The notes under the pieces: generated by a model
Databases searched by the model: none
Seen by the model: the letters and a program-made list of their open reading frames with translations, nothing else
What the model was told of the DNA's origin: nothing
In this document: positions 24,114 to 38,344 of the stretch, piece after piece
Numbering within the stretch: the stretch's first letter is position 1
How the letters are laid out: every line of letters begins with the position of its first letter
Made by a program: the position numbers and the translations under genes
Source of the DNA: Takakia lepidozioides
Taxonomy: Eukaryota > Plantae > Bryophyta
Assembly (NCBI GenBank): GCA_030704615.1
Contig: CM060732.1
Span: 57,350,001-57,414,000, forward strand
DNA: 64,000 bases
Direction of reading: 5' to 3'

Positions 24114-26078
24114 TGAGCGAAAGACAGACTAAGAATAAGAAAGCAGAGAAGAGCCTCAAAGAGAATGGAAAGAAACCAAAGCACAAAGCACAAAGAGGAA
24201 AGCTCACCGGGCAACAGGCGACGGTTGTTGCGATGATTCGGTGCTCACGTGACTATCCTCGCCTCGAAAACCTAACACGCACAAAAGACCAATGGGAGGT
24301 GGACAGTGCGAAAGAAGTCCAGCGGGAAGTGGACCCTGCATGTGCGGAGTGACGTGGCGAGATTTCACTGGCGCCCCTTTTTGGCCGCCATCGCATTAAA
24401 TAGTTGCAGACCCCTCACACGTGCTGGTGGTATGCCACTGCACGGACAGTACAACAGACGGGATGAGTGGGACTATCGTCAGTCTGCCGTCGTCGCATTC
24501 ATCAAGTCCAGTAGACTTACTCCTGATGACAAAGACGGCCGAACAGACCCAGTACCCTCCACAACAAACTCATATGCCACCGCAAGGACAGACTGACGAC
24601 TGAGGTTAAGCGGACTGACGAAGAGACTAAGGCGAGTGCAGAGTCTGGTGCGGAGTCTGATGACGTGCCGTGACGTGACTGGGCCTCCTTACCACCGTCA
24701 CTGCATTTATTGCGTCCAGCAGACAACAGACTCGTATGCCATTGCACGGACAGTCTAGCAGACGGAAGGTTCAACAGACTGACGAAGAGACTGACACAGA
24801 GTAATTTGCGCAGCAACAGACTGATTTCTAACAGACTAATATCCCAAAAGACAAAGTATCCCCTAGGCGGCCGGGTGATACAGGAGTAAACCGTAAACCG
24901 CGTCCAGCAGACTTACACGTGATAATAATCACGGCTCAACAGACCCAGCGCAAACAGACTTGCGCCACAGTAGACTGACTTTGTGACAGCCCAGCTGACT
25001 GATATCAGAAGAGACAGACAGACCAGCAGTCCGACGGCTCAGCAGACTCACGACAATGCGGATAATTAAAATGTAGTAGTTAAACGGACTCATATCCGAA
25101 GAGACGGACTTCCAGCTGACCAACGGTTCAACAGACTGACGAGAGAAGACACTTCGGGGATAAGACGAGAGAAGACACTTCGGAATTTGGCAGGCAGTGA
25201 CGGCCCAGTAGTCCAGTGAAGAACAGACTCACGCCACACCAGACTTGTATCCTTACAGACCAACAGTCCAACAGACCAGACTGATATCCCATCAGAACCA
25301 CGCTTGGCGTCGTCGTCATGCCGTGGTTGCATTTCATCCGTCCAGCAGACTTGCATATGCCCATACTCATGGCACAACACACTGCTTAGAGAAAGTACTG
25401 ACAAAGACGCAGTCGAAGAGCCTATTGATCCGCGCGCATTTGCAGTCGTAAGGACCTCGAACATCCACAAGCAACGTGAATCCACATCTCTTTGGCTACG
25501 TCTCCTTTCCCATTGTCCAGTTTTCAAGGAGACGGTAATGATTGAGATGTGATGTTTCAGGAGGTGCATCTAGATGTTTGAGGACCTTCGGACTGGATCC
25601 TGTTCCGTTCACACTCTCCGCAGTTCCCAGACATGTGGTGGCAGAGACGTCCTCCCCTGAACAGTCTCATCGGTGGACATAAATTCCGCAATGTATACAC
25701 GCCCCCACGTGCATATGCTTCTGCGTTTTCCGCTATCGTGTTACCAATGGTTTCCTGCTCCATACGAAGGAGCTCGGACTCGGAGACACACCACAAACCA
25801 TAAACGCATGCAATTTTTCCACATATCGTCCTAAAAAATAAGCACGTCAGCACAAAACGAAGGCGAAAATAGTGGAAGCATATGCACGATGGTGGCTGTA
25901 GAGCCCCGCCAGCCCTCTCATGTTCAGGCACACCCTTCATCGTCACTAAAATCGCCATAAACAAGAACAACAGCCGCATGCGTGCAAAGTCACCTCCGCA
26001 ACATTGGACAACAAAGAGCCGCAAGAACGAGACAACAACAACGAGTGGGCGAGTTCGTGGCAGGGTGTTACGATCTTC

Positions 26079-26490
26079 CATGCCCTAAACATGGATGGCG
26101 CGGATGGGTTTCTCAGAATGGACGATCCAGATCCTTCAGCCGGCGCGGACTGGCAGACTGGGGGCAGCAGACGGGCACAACAAACTGTTGGGTGGACTTG
26201 CGGGGACTGGCACAGCGGACTGGCGTGCACAACAGACTGGCCGGCAGACTGGCGGTTTGGCGGACTGAGGGGAACTGGACTCACGGGCAGCGGAGTCACG
26301 GCCACGCCAGACTGGGGACGCGGTGGAGTGTGGGCGGGGCTGCCGCGGGCACGGCTGGTGGGGCCGCGGCAGCAGGTGGGCGACCGCGCGCAGGGGGGGT
26401 CCGGGTGGGGGAGTCGGGCGTCCGTGCGCGGGGCCCACCGGTCAGCTCGCACTTGCGCCATAACGTCCCAATTATTGTAAAATGAGAGGC
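26079..26490. repeat. MULE right TIR
   Basis: Colinear with 9333-9866. Confidence 0.9.
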
Positions 26491-28372
26491 CTAATAAACT
26501 ATCAAAATTATTAATATTGTATTGTTATCTCCTTTCTGTATTTTAAGCAATTAAGATATAGATCCTAGTTAACTCAGCTCTCACTTTCGTTGGGATCCAT
26601 CTTGGTGAAAGTTTTAAATGTACTTCAATTCATGTTATATTCTTGTAAGTACAGTCTCTCATAATTGAGACAATGGCCTACTTTCTTGGGGAGGCGTCAA
26701 TTTTATTGGCTCTCTTGTACGGAGAGAGAATATGCATCATGTTCAAGTCGACTCGACGGAGGAAATCGAGGACTTTACGCCATGTCAAGGCTCCCATTGG
26801 TGTGTTGTGCTGAGTCATGCTCCCTACTCTTACCTTCCTCTCATGTTTTGCCAAAGCAAGAGAGTTGAGGTTTGTTTGTTTATTTATTGACTCTCGTGGC
26901 GGACTCGCAACAGACTAGGGCGTTTTTGGGGGGCTAGCTAGTGTACAAGTGTCAAGTGATGGGAGAAGGGGTTTGTGGGATTGACACGCCGGACAGCTTT
27001 CTAGAAGGCTTGACCTCCTCTTGAGAGGGTTGGGCCCGCCGCAGTGAGAGGATACTTACACGGAGGGGATGGTCCTACAACCCAGTACTTACTAGTAACT
27101 AGTTTACAAGAAAGGCCCCACCCCCACGGAAAAAAAAAGTGCAAACATGAAAGAGACCATAACTATACTACTTAATGGGGTTAACCCCTAAACGCCTAAG
27201 TTTTTTTTCACAAAAAACTGCAAAAATCTGAACCTTGTGCTATCTTTTTATTTATTGCAAATAATTTCCTCAGATCAAAATTTCAAAATCTCACCGTTCA
27301 TCATGCTGCTAGCTACATCCCCGACCTAAATTTTGGTGACATATGGCGGTAGGGATTGGAATCTTATAAGTGTTTTGTGAGCATGAAAAGCTTCTACATC
27401 CTCTTCAATCTTGCACCAATCTCACGAGCGACTCTAGAAAGTTTTAGTTTCCTTCACTCACATGAGCTTCCCTTAAGTTGTGTACGTCTTATGGCTTTAC
27501 AATCTTTTTCTTATACTTCTCTTAAATCTGATTCACTGGGCGTTGAACAAACTTTACTTTTACTTTACTTTTACTTTACTTTCACTTCAATTTGATTGTC
27601 GGTTTTATCCCCCTTCCAGTTACTGAAAAGCAAAACTACGAGAAAAAGTTAAGGCTCCATGCGACATGTGACCTGAATGAAGTGGCATGGGGGACACTGT
27701 GGTGTTGCTTGTTTAAGTTACGTCTCTCTTGGATGGGACAAACCCCCGTGTCTTTCTATGTCCTGTCCTGGCTGCCTCCCAGTACAATCAACTTTCATAC
27801 ATAGGATCCATGTAAATCAGCAAGTAGCGTCTGGGAACCTAGGCCAGGGCATGGTAAATATCTTTTACAGGAATCTACTCTAGGCTAGAAAGACTCCTTA
27901 CAGACCCTTTAGACACCTGGACCAGAAACAGAATCTTCACCCTGTGCTACAACACATTTACCCAGCATATTCAAATCTTCCCAAGGCATGGGGTCGTGGG
28001 ACAAGCCTGGGCCCTTTCCTGTATGCTATGACTGGACATGGATTGGAAGCTGTATCATTGAGTTGCGTATGCCCTTTGGGTCTTGTCTGATGAAATCCTG
28101 CACAGCTTCTTGTGTGAGGTGACTTTACTTGTCTGGATTGTTGTGCAATTTGTGGACCTTCTTCTGAAACTGCTGGAAGCAGAGGTAATTGCAATTTGGG
28201 AAGGTCATTTTACAGTACAACACAGAGCAAGCTCGGGAGTAAGGGTCGAGGGGGGAGGGAGGCAGTAGAAGGTCCCCTCACAGTGAATACACAACTTGTA
28301 CTGTGTGGAAAGCTGTACAAGCATTCGCTCTCATTTACCGGATAATTCAGACGAGGACCTGCTCTGGTCAAG

Positions 28373-30346
28373 ATGGTGATTTCAGCCTCAGCGTTTGATC
28401 ACGTGGTGATGTTTCCCTTCCCGGCGCAAGGCCACATTGCCCCATTTGTTCAATTGTCAAAGCGCTTGGCGAGCTATGGTGTCACTATCACCTTCGTCAC
28501 CATGACCCCCAATTTGTCTAGCCTGCAAAAAGCTCTCGCCGAAGATCCAGGATTCGCAGCACGCGACAACATCCGGGTGGTGGTTTTTGATGTCCCTAAG
28601 GGTTATGAGGAGCTCAGTCCTGGAAAATTTGATGACTTAAAAGTGATCACAATGAACATGAACAGAACGTTCGAAGAGCTCATTGAATCATTGGTGGAGT
28701 CGGCTGGTCCAAGCGCTGAGTCGGCCGAAGCTGCACGCATAGGCCCTCCTCTTTGCATTATCTCTGATTTCTATCTGGGGTGGACTCAGGTATCGCCCGT
28801 TAACCATCTAGCCTTTGATCTCAAGTACATTTCTTTAGTTTTTCTTTCAGGTTTTACTTGCAATGCATCGGACTCTTGTCAGGTCGGACTCTTTGATGCA
28901 CACATTACATTCTCTCCCTCGCCCTCTCTCGTTATATACTGAAGTACTCGCTCTCGCTCTCATACGTCATAGCTAGTGTAATTAGCAGCAAAGCGGTTGG
29001 TGACTACATCTCTCTCACAAATTGATGGTAAGTACTCCATGGGGTGCAGGATGTCGCCAACAAGTTCCAAGTACCCAGATACTGTTTCTTTCCATCGCCA
29101 GCGTATTTTCTTTCCTTCGTGTGTCACATGCGCGGTTTCGTAGAACAGGGCCGCATCCCCGCAAGGCCGCATGCCGAGCCTTTTCTCATCCCAGGTTTCC
29201 CTCCAATTGCATATGGCGATTTGCCGGTTGCGTTTTGGGAGAGTGGCGCTGCAGCGGATGCAGGGTTTACCGTGTACCACTCAGTTCGTGTATTGGAAGT
29301 TGCTGGAATGCTCGTGAATAGTGTTTACGAGTTGGAATCTGAAGCCATTGAAGGCTTGCGGGACAAACTCAAAAGAGAATCCAAGAGCACTCAGGTAGGT
29401 TGACATCCCCACTCCCCAGAAGCCACGTTACCTTGATTAAACTTGTATTCTCAAATTATTGCGACTACGAATGGATGCTTGGCATATGACATTTGTGGGG
29501 ACCCAGAAGTGAGGAGGCATGTATGAACTTCCATGACAGAAAGCTCAGAGATATCTGACACACTCAATTTTTATTCAAGACTTAAGTAAGCCAGGCTGCT
29601 TGCAGGTGCCGAGTGTCTTGACAATTGGCCCTCTCATGGATGGCATGGACGACCTGGACAATCTAAAGAACAAACTAAGGGCGCCTCCAGATGAAGACGA
29701 GTGCCTCCAATGGTTGGAAAGACAGCCAGCGGCTTCTGTTCTCTATGTCTCATTTGGAAGCGTAGCTGTCCTCACTGCTACACAGATTGATGGACTAGCT
29801 CGGGGGCTTGAGGCTAGCGGGCAACGTTTTCTTTGGGTTGTGAGAGTCCCTGCAGATGTGAAAGCTGGGCCCGGGACTGACATTTCGCACTTCCTCCCCA
29901 AAGGCTTCATGGAAAGAACAAAGGATAGGGGTTTAGTGTTCACTGCCTGGGCACCACAGCTCCACATCTTGGCCCATCCTGCTGTTGGAGGTTTTATGAC
30001 CCACTGTGGGTGGAACTCCGCCATAGAGAGCATTGTCATGGGTGTGCCAATGATAGCATGGCCACTGCAAGCTGACCAGAAAACAAATGCGCTGCTCATA
30101 AGTGATCTTCTCAGGACTGGAGTCAGTGTTCACAGGCAAGGAGATGGACCAGATGCACCAGTTGCAAAGGAGGAGGTCGAGAGGGTGATTAGGCTTTTGA
30201 TGCAAGATGAGGATGGACAGGTGGTGAGGAAGAAAGTAGAAGAGGTGAGCGCAATGGTAGGGAAAGCTGCAGCTGCTGGTGGATCTTCCCAAATTAACTT
30301 GAACTTGTTTCTGAGTTCCCTCAAATCTTGCAAGGTTGCACATTAA
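28373..30346 (+). CDS. UDP-glycosyltransferase (family 1), 3 exons: 28373-28789, 29050-29394, 29606-30346 (500 aa)
   Basis: HVVMFPFPAQGHI N-terminus and PSPG box WAPQLHILAHPAVGGFMTHCGWNS..DQ. GT-AG junctions give an open frame of 1503 nt. Confidence 0.95.
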
Positions 30347-31026
30347 CAAATTTGTCATACAACTTTTCCAACCTGATTACATCTTACTACCTGATTCAGG
30401 TATTGCATGATAATTTGTAATCCAGAAGGCAGTAGGTCTGCGTATTAATATATGGTTAGCTTCAGCAATAACAATTTCTCTATGGGAATGCACCTTGTGA
30501 AATCATCCTTTTGAGCCCATTGGGCTTGGTAAACATCTCCTCAATCTGGAACTTCAAACATAAACAAGGAAAAGTGATCCATACATTACACCAAACTGTT
30601 CCAACAATAATCTAAACATGTCAAGAAGGTACATGTAAAGAAAGACAGTGGGCAAAATCACATACAACAAGAACTTTGATGGGAATATACAGGCAAGAAA
30701 ACATCCGGGCGGTACTTTTTGTTGAGGTAGTTGTATTCGATATTATATCATATGAACGGTAACAAAGATAATTCCCTTATAACACATATCAGGTCCACAA
30801 TCTTCTCCGGGAGCCCTGCGCAAGAACTTGTAAAGTTAATCATCAATCATGTTCGATGATTGATCACTACCTCCACTGTGCGCTCTTCCCCGCATGGGCA
30901 GCTTCCTCGAGGTGTCCTAGTGAGGACAGTCTCAATGTTCTTCACAAAACATACAAACATCGCCAATCTAAAAACATATCTCTACGAAGTAGTGGCATTG
31001 GAGTATATTACTCCTTTAGGAGAAAT

Positions 31027-33359
31027 CTACAACCATCTATACTGATTTCCACTGGATCCCTGCTGTGCGGAAGCTGCAGCTGCACTTTGCCCACTGGAGC
31101 CCTGAGTGGGAGAATACGAAGGCTGGGAAGAAGTTCCAGCAAACCCAGATTGCTGCTGCCCTGTTGGCGAGTATGGAGTACCTTGTGGACCAGTAGTCAC
31201 CTGTCCTTGTGTCTGCACAGCCTCCTGCATATTCTTCACTCCTTTATCATAGTTCACAAATCCCATGAACCAAAATTCATGACCGTCCTTTGTCACCACT
31301 TGGATGTATTTTTCGGTTGGTTTTTTCTGATTCATTGAAGGAAGCACTTCCTGCACTTTATCTAATGGCACAATCACCTGCACCCAGAAAACCCCAGAAA
31401 ATGTTAAAGACAAGAAGAAAGTAGATCAACTGAACTTTTAAACTAGAGGTGTACAAAAATAACCAACTTAGTTTAACCTGTCAATGGAAGGTAAGAAAGA
31501 TGAACCTTGTAATAGCTCCAGGCTTGTTGACCAGGAGTGGGTGCATATGAGAGCGGCCGATCACTGCAGAAGGCGAACTTCTGATTGGTGATATACAGAG
31601 TACCACCAACAGGACCAGTTGAAGTCGACAGGTAGCATGCATAGGTCTTGCGAAGCTGCTCATTAGGTGCGAAGCCGAAAGTTTGTTTGTACACTCCTTC
31701 AAAACCTCCTCCAGTCAGTAATCTAGACCCATGACTCATCCTGCCCCATGCAGAGTCAGTCACAGAAGAACCGACTTTCACTGCAACACAGGCACCAACA
31801 GATAATTCATCATGAGAATGAACACATTAGCTTGAAACCCTTCTTCCACACATGGAGAGAGAACTTAACGCAGTTACAATATTGTGCTCTGGACAGTAGA
31901 CCTCTTTCCCCCTTTTTCCAAACTAAACCATTCGCTAGGCATAGGCAAAACACGGATGAAAAGCTTCTCTGTGTTTTCTGCATTACCATTATGACATCTC
32001 TCTCTCTCTCTCTCCCTCTCCTGCTTAGCTCCTCTATGCTTTCTTCTCTATGTCTGAATGCTGTGTATTACAAATGAAGGTTGAATACATTTACACTCAT
32101 GTATCCTTGCCAATGAGTGCAGATACATAATCAACCAATGGCAACCAGCATACATTCCACTAACCCAAGACTCTTAGAGACCTGCAAATAAAGACACGCA
32201 TGGGAAAAACCCTTTCAGAATCCCCGCTTCTCTCTTTTTGAGTAGGTTCCTGCAGCTACTCTACCCGAATTTAGAGTGGACATCCCCAAAATCAAAAAGT
32301 CTCACAGCCTCAAATATGTGCTAACTCAACCTGACACGAGAGATACTACCTCCTCAACAAGAGAGAGAGAGAGAGAGAGAGATCTTACAGTGACTCCAGA
32401 CATTCCCTGCAATACCCTCTGCTTGCTTTCCCAACTTATTCAAATTGTTAACGATGTAATCCATTGGACCTATACCCACACCCACAAACGAATCAGCGCT
32501 CTAAACCTCGTCGTTCTCTTTTCTCTGACATGTTCCAGCTCTCGCTAGCACAATTTTTTTTGAAAAATCTAGACATTAAATGTATATCTCTGCTTACTGA
32601 AATTCCTCCATAGCTACCGCCGCTGCAGATACCCACCTGTGTCTCGCAGAAAGCTTGATGTGTTTACTCAAGAGTACTATAGCATCCCTAAGAATACTAA
32701 AACTAGACAAGCATTTGCAAAGAACAATTGAAGATCACCCTCAACACAGTAAGAAAAAAGAAAAACTCAGACCGACAGATACCACATATAGCTACGAATA
32801 TTGGAACGAAGCAAATGATACAATTAAAGAGCCACCTGAAAGCTGCTGGCGAACACAGGCACAGCAATTCAGTAAAAACCAGGGCAAAACGGATGAGAGC
32901 CATCCAATATGCAATGCTGAGCAGAGAAGGAAGTTTTATTTGCAGCGTACTCTTTCCAGTTTCACCCACATCTGATGTCTGCATGTAAGGATTTTCCGGC
33001 TGCTGATAACTGGTTGTGGGCTGTCCTGGAGATTGCTTCGCGTAGTTTGCCCCAGATTCAGAAAATCCCGGATTTGTTTTTGCCCCATTGGCGTCAAACC
33101 CTCCACTAGGTTGACTCCTTAAGCCGCCTGAGGAAGGTCCAGCTTGACCTCCCGAAGGACCTTTGTAAGTCTGCCTGGCTGCCTCCTGATTAGCGGTGTG
33201 AGAACTGGGATTAGCCGGCTCTCCAAAAACTGGAGCTCCGAAATTCCCATTATCAGTGTTGGGTGTTGGGTATGAAGCATAGTCACTCGACTGCTGATGG
33301 TTTTGCGCTTGATCGTAAGATGGAGGGGCCATTTGCGTCTGACCGCTTTGGTAGTTCAT
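31027..33359 (-). CDS. GRAM-domain GEM-like protein; exons ~33359-32951, 32469-32389, 31780-31506, 31377-31027
   Basis: EQLRKTYACYLSTSTGPVGGTLY..FAFCSDRP and EKYIQVVTKDGHEFWFMGFVNYD. Splice phases are consistent. Confidence 0.92.
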
Positions 33360-34539
33360 CCTCCTTGAAAACCAGTCTCTCCTTGCCTCCTGCTCTGTCA
33401 CTCTCCCTCCTCAGTCCCAGCCTCTGCTTCTGTTAACTGTCTCTGTAGTGAATCTGTGAATTGAGTCTCTATCTCTCTTTTCCTCTCTGTCTCTCTCGCT
33501 GTCTGTGGAGTAGAGGCATCCCTCACAGACAGATCGTCTCTAAGTATCAATTCCGCCTCCTCACGCTAGCTACCACCCCACGTGTCATTGAGCTGTCACG
33601 ACTACGACAACACGCGTCGGACACTCTCTGGACAACCGCAGTCGGTTTTATTTTTTTTTTAGCCGTTTTTTTTCATCAATGGAATTTCGACCAGAGAGCA
33701 GTTTTTTTTTTTTTAAGAGAAATCAGTTACTGGAAGTTTCCTTTTTCTTTTTCTTTTTCTTGATGTGGGCCGTCAATATCTTAGGTTTAGGGCAGCCACT
33801 TAGTTTGCTACAGGTGTCCCAGGCTGTGACCCGCGGTTAGGGTATAATATTGATGTGGGCCGTCTTCTCATGTGTACATACGTACATAGTGTGAGCTTTG
33901 TGATGGCTTGGATGTTGGATTCATGTTGTTAATTTGCTCATCTATCTTACCCCGCAGGTACCACTTTGCATAGCCAAGCCATGTTCTTTCCTGACGAGTA
34001 GGCTCTGGTGGGTGCCAAGCAAGTCTTTTGAAATTTGGAAAATAATAGGAGTGGCTATTGAGTTTTGCAGGAAATAGCCATATTTTCTGTTCATCCACTG
34101 AAATTTGGATAGAATCATCCTCCTCTGTACTTTCATCCATGTATATATCATCCATATTTGGCAAATTCATCCAAGATTTGTAGAGAGAGAACCGGCCAAA
34201 GCCGGCATAACTAAGAGCCATTTCGCCTTTCGGCTACTGCCCCTGTCGGGGGTGGGCCCTATACCAAGATTTGTATTTTATTTGGAGAAGTTTGGCGATT
34301 TCATCCATGAGAAAACAGGGAATTTACAACAGAATATTCTTATTTTTTGAGGTGGGAATAGTGCGAAATTTTGCCACAAGTATTAAAGCCTCCAAAAGTT
34401 GAACTGGTGCCAAGGTTACTCAAATGCAAGTTACAAGTTACCTATCACATTTTATCATGAAGATGGTGAAGGCAAATTGTTCAAGAGGCTTATCTTGGAA
34501 GGTCACACTCATGCTATGGAGGTTTGCTGTAGGAGTTTC

Positions 34540-35380
34540 GGTGCCAACTTTGCTTGAACTATTTCATGCTTGAACATGCGGGTCACTTAGGTGTGACACG
34601 AACGGTTGAACGGTTACAGGATGAATATCTTGGAAGGGCGTGACTAGTCATGTCTCTCAATTTATCGCTAAATGTGTCGAATGCCACGCAAAAAATTTGT
34701 TCCCTAGAGGCGCTCGTTCTTCAAATCCTTTGCAGTCCATTCTTGTAAGTGAACCATTTGCTTGAGTGGGCTTAGTTGGACCCTTGCAAACCACTGTTAA
34801 GGGCCATTCTTACTTTGTTGTAGCGACAGATTACCTAACAAAGTGGGTTAAGTCCAACCCTTGGTGGCTAGGATGCAGATGTGGTGGCCCAGTTTTTTTT
34901 CAATGAGATTGACCTACGATATGGATGCCCTTACAGATCAGGGGACATAATTCTGTAACAAATGGATGCAGGTTGTGTATTTCAATATGGGGGTGAAGCA
35001 TTGCATTACGGCGCCATATCATCCCCAATGCAATGGGTTAACTGAAAGGTTCAAGTGCAAGACCATAAGCTTGTATGCTCGAAAAAAATGGTTTGCTCTT
35101 GGGGGAATGGGACACTTCTCTATCTATGCTTATCTTTGTCTATCGGACTTCTGTGCATTCTAGCAGTAAAATCTCTCATTTCCAATTGTTGTTTGGAAGG
35201 TTGGCAGCTTGTACCCCTATACAAGATATTCCTTTGCTGATTTTTGTTTCTGATCCCATATATTGGGACTTGTTTCTTACTAACATGTATGCCAAGCACA
35301 GACGCTTGGAAACCCACGCCAGCTCTCATATCAATGCTTCTCAGCTAGTTCAGGCTCGCAACTATAGCCGCTAGGTTTGA
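34540..35380 (+). pseudogene. Highly decayed retroviral-type integrase relic
   Basis: HAGHLG, LVGPL, TDYLTKWV and APYHPQCNGLTERF, across many frameshifts. Confidence 0.75.
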
Positions 35381-35989
35381 TATTTGGAGGAGTTCCTACA
35401 GCGTTAGACGGTATGTGTACGCATGCAGCAAGGGAAGATTGTGTCAGCTAAGATTGCTAAGCGGATTGAGGTCCTTACCCGATTGCAGAGAAGCTAAGGG
35501 CCTTATCACACAAGCGGCAGCGAGAGGCAATGACGTGGAAGTCCCTCGCTAAGGATATAACGGGCAATGGTAATAGAACATAGGTACATGTCAGCAAAAC
35601 CATTTTACGGCTACCACATGACCGGCAATCCAGTGTGTGTAAGGATCTAGCGTGAAAACTGATGAGAAGAAGACGGTCGCTCTTCTTTGATGCCAACTGT
35701 TTTTGGTCCTACGAGACAGAGTAAGTGAAGAGGTTTGCTGCCAACCGCTTTGGTCCTTCGAGACATATGCAAGTGAAGATGTTGTGAGTGAAGGGAGTGA
35801 AGAGATGAATTGGGAAGCAGCCATGGACAATCGAAGAAGAACCCTGATTGTCGCTCTCATCTGCCAGATAACCATGTATGTAATGCGTGAAGTGAACTCT
35901 TACCTCCAAGAAGCTCAGATCGTATTGCATCATCAGAGAATTTCTTATCTGGTTCTGGCTTTCCATGTCGTAGAAACTCTTCAGGGGCA

Positions 35990-36330
35990 TCCTCCACGAG
36001 CATTGTGGGCACACGAGAGGGTCTAAGGCTTCATGAACCAAAACCTACTAGGTTCCTTCAATCATCGTGGTTCAGAAACCGTATGAGAATGAACAGAGAG
36101 ACTTTTGATTATATTTGTTCATGTGTTGCACTTTTCATGAAGAGGTCTGATATGAACATGCGGTCTGCAATCCCTCTTGAAACTCGTGTTGCAATCTCAA
36201 TCTCTAGGCTTGCAACTAGACATGGGATGCAAATTATAGTTGATTTGTATGGGGTAGGGTTATCTACGAGCAAACTAGTAGTCATGAATTTTCTTGGTGC
36301 TCTCAAACTTGCGTTACGAAGAGTTTTGAT
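35990..36330 (+). pseudogene. PIF/Harbinger transposase N-terminal relic
   Basis: FRNRMRMNRETFDYIC..MRSAIPLETRVAISISRLAT..IVDLYGVGLST matches the Harbinger HTH pattern. Confidence 0.75.
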
Positions 36331-38344
36331 TTACGGTTTGTATCAGCCCTATATCAGCAGGCTTGGAGCGATTGTTCTCCAGCCAATGACACAAAGAGTT
36401 TTGGGTTAGTAGATTAGTCATATCATGTTTGACCACAAAGTGTCTGCAACATTGTCGAGGTTAACCACATTTTGAGAGTTCTCATTCTCATCAACACTAT
36501 TATGCGATTCCATCGTAATCTAGTACGGGAGACGAGAAGGGAGAGAAGAAGCGACGATCTATTAAAGGGTAAACGAGAGAGACGAGCTCCGTGGTGGGAA
36601 GGAGCGAAACACGACAAAGACATTCCCTAACATTTCGCATTTCTAGGCGGTCGTCCGTGGAAATCCGACTTCCGCGGACAAGCTCCACGTACGCACCACG
36701 TCGGCCATATTTTCCCTTGCCGTTCCTCTCATGTGGTAGGTGAAGGTGCTGCTTTGTGATAAAGCGACCAATCATATTATCAAGTTTGCTTCCAGTGTCC
36801 CCCCCCCCTGCCGCTCGCGTGGTAACGTTCTAAGGGGGGGGGACAATACCTGTTGCAGCCTCAACATGATTATGTTTCAGCTATTGCTCATACAGTTCAT
36901 GTTGATTGCTTGCTACATTACAAGTTAGTCTTTGACTTGACTTGTTTGAATGTTAAAGGCAGATCAGTTAACCCCTTGACAACAATTGAGTGTAGATAAA
37001 GCTTTCATGGTACCTTGAAGTGCATTTGGATTTTTACTGGCCCCATTCCTGGACTGCTTTTGGGATGCCTAGGCTAATCGCAAGCTTTCAGCCTACAGTC
37101 TAAAGCCCCGAATTCGACCTCGTGAAGGATTCCCTTCTGCTCCTGTGTTTAATGATAAAGTGCCTAGACCGTTGAGGAGGCATGTCAATTGGCTGTCTTA
37201 TTTTAGCCAGTAAGGGTTCACGATAACCTCATCACAGTTGGTGCTCAGGTTTGATAAGGGTAAGCTTGCAATTGACAGAACCTGGGGGGTTGGTACCGCA
37301 TGAGCACAAATGGCGTGAGCAGAAAAATCGCCGCGTGAGCAGGATCCACGGTTATAGGGGTGATATGTATGTCAACGGAAATACATATAATAAACTGACA
37401 TAGGATTTTTCTGCGTTAATAGGGTCTCCATAGTGTCTAAATATAATGTTAAACATATAGAATGAGCTTGAAAAGTAGAAACCTTTAAAAAAAAAAAAAA
37501 AAAACAAAATCAAACCCCAATTTCGTCAACGGAAAGCAAAAACCGTTTGCGTTTCACTGGCAAAACCCTTTTTGGGTGGTTCTTGCCACTTTGTTTGCGG
37601 GCGCTGATCTTTGAGTTCTGGCAAATATTTGGGGTCTTTGTGCTCACGTGAGTGAAGCTTTGGACGATTAATTTCATGATTTTTTTTCGTGTGAGCAAGG
37701 TTTTCAGATAGTTCGTATTTCTTACCGCATGAGCGCATTTTGGTTTCGCAAAAGCATATTCTCCAGAATCTTTTGGAATATGCCTTTGTGCTCGCCCACT
37801 GGCGTGAGCCTACCCAACCTCCAGAGCCTGTAACAGATGGCCACCTGGATGATGAGATTAGCTTGATTTGCATATTTAATGGAAAGAGGACGTAAGCTCT
37901 CCTCACTATGAGTATGCTCAAACTGTGTACACCAAAGTGCTAAATACTAGATGAAAGGTGTGGATGTTGTGTTATGTCTTGTGAGTAGATGTTGGGAGAA
38001 CATCCTCCAGAGTGAGATTCCCACGTTAAGCAAGCCTATAGAGGCGGGAGGATATTACAGGCTTAGAAAAATAAGCTCTACAGTGTAAGCTCGAGTTGGA
38101 TATCCAATGGAAGCCATAAGTAGATCCTTTCTTTCCTCTCTCTCTCTACTTCATGATGTGAAGTACTTTCCTTAAGATGCCTTGCTTCAAGGAACTACCT
38201 CACACATTCCCTGCTAATGTGTGCGGCTGGAGTGAATAGCGCAATGACATGAAGGCAAAGTAGATTCAGGGTTGCGATCCTTGCTTTGGCGGTGAAGGAA
38301 AAGAAGAAATGGACTCAAGTGTTGGTAGGACGATGATGCATCGC

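Larger units (their letters stand above)
21457..26490 (+). mobile_element. Right half of the MULE
   Basis: TIR at 26079-26490, TSD ctaataaac at 26491-26499, and the same CAGACT-rich composition as the left half. Confidence 0.9.

Noticed and set aside
9333-26490. Direct repeats at 9.3-9.9 kb and 26.1-26.5 kb read as LTRs of the Gypsy-like element
   Set aside because: No TG..CA ends or PBS. The reverse-complement 9-bp TSD shows they are MULE TIRs reoriented by the inversion.
36797-36845. Inverted poly-C/poly-G repeat
   Set aside because: Low complexity, no TSD found, no function supportable.
37282-37823. Possible MITE with imperfect ctgg.ggttgg ends
   Set aside because: TIRs are weak and there is no matching TSD.
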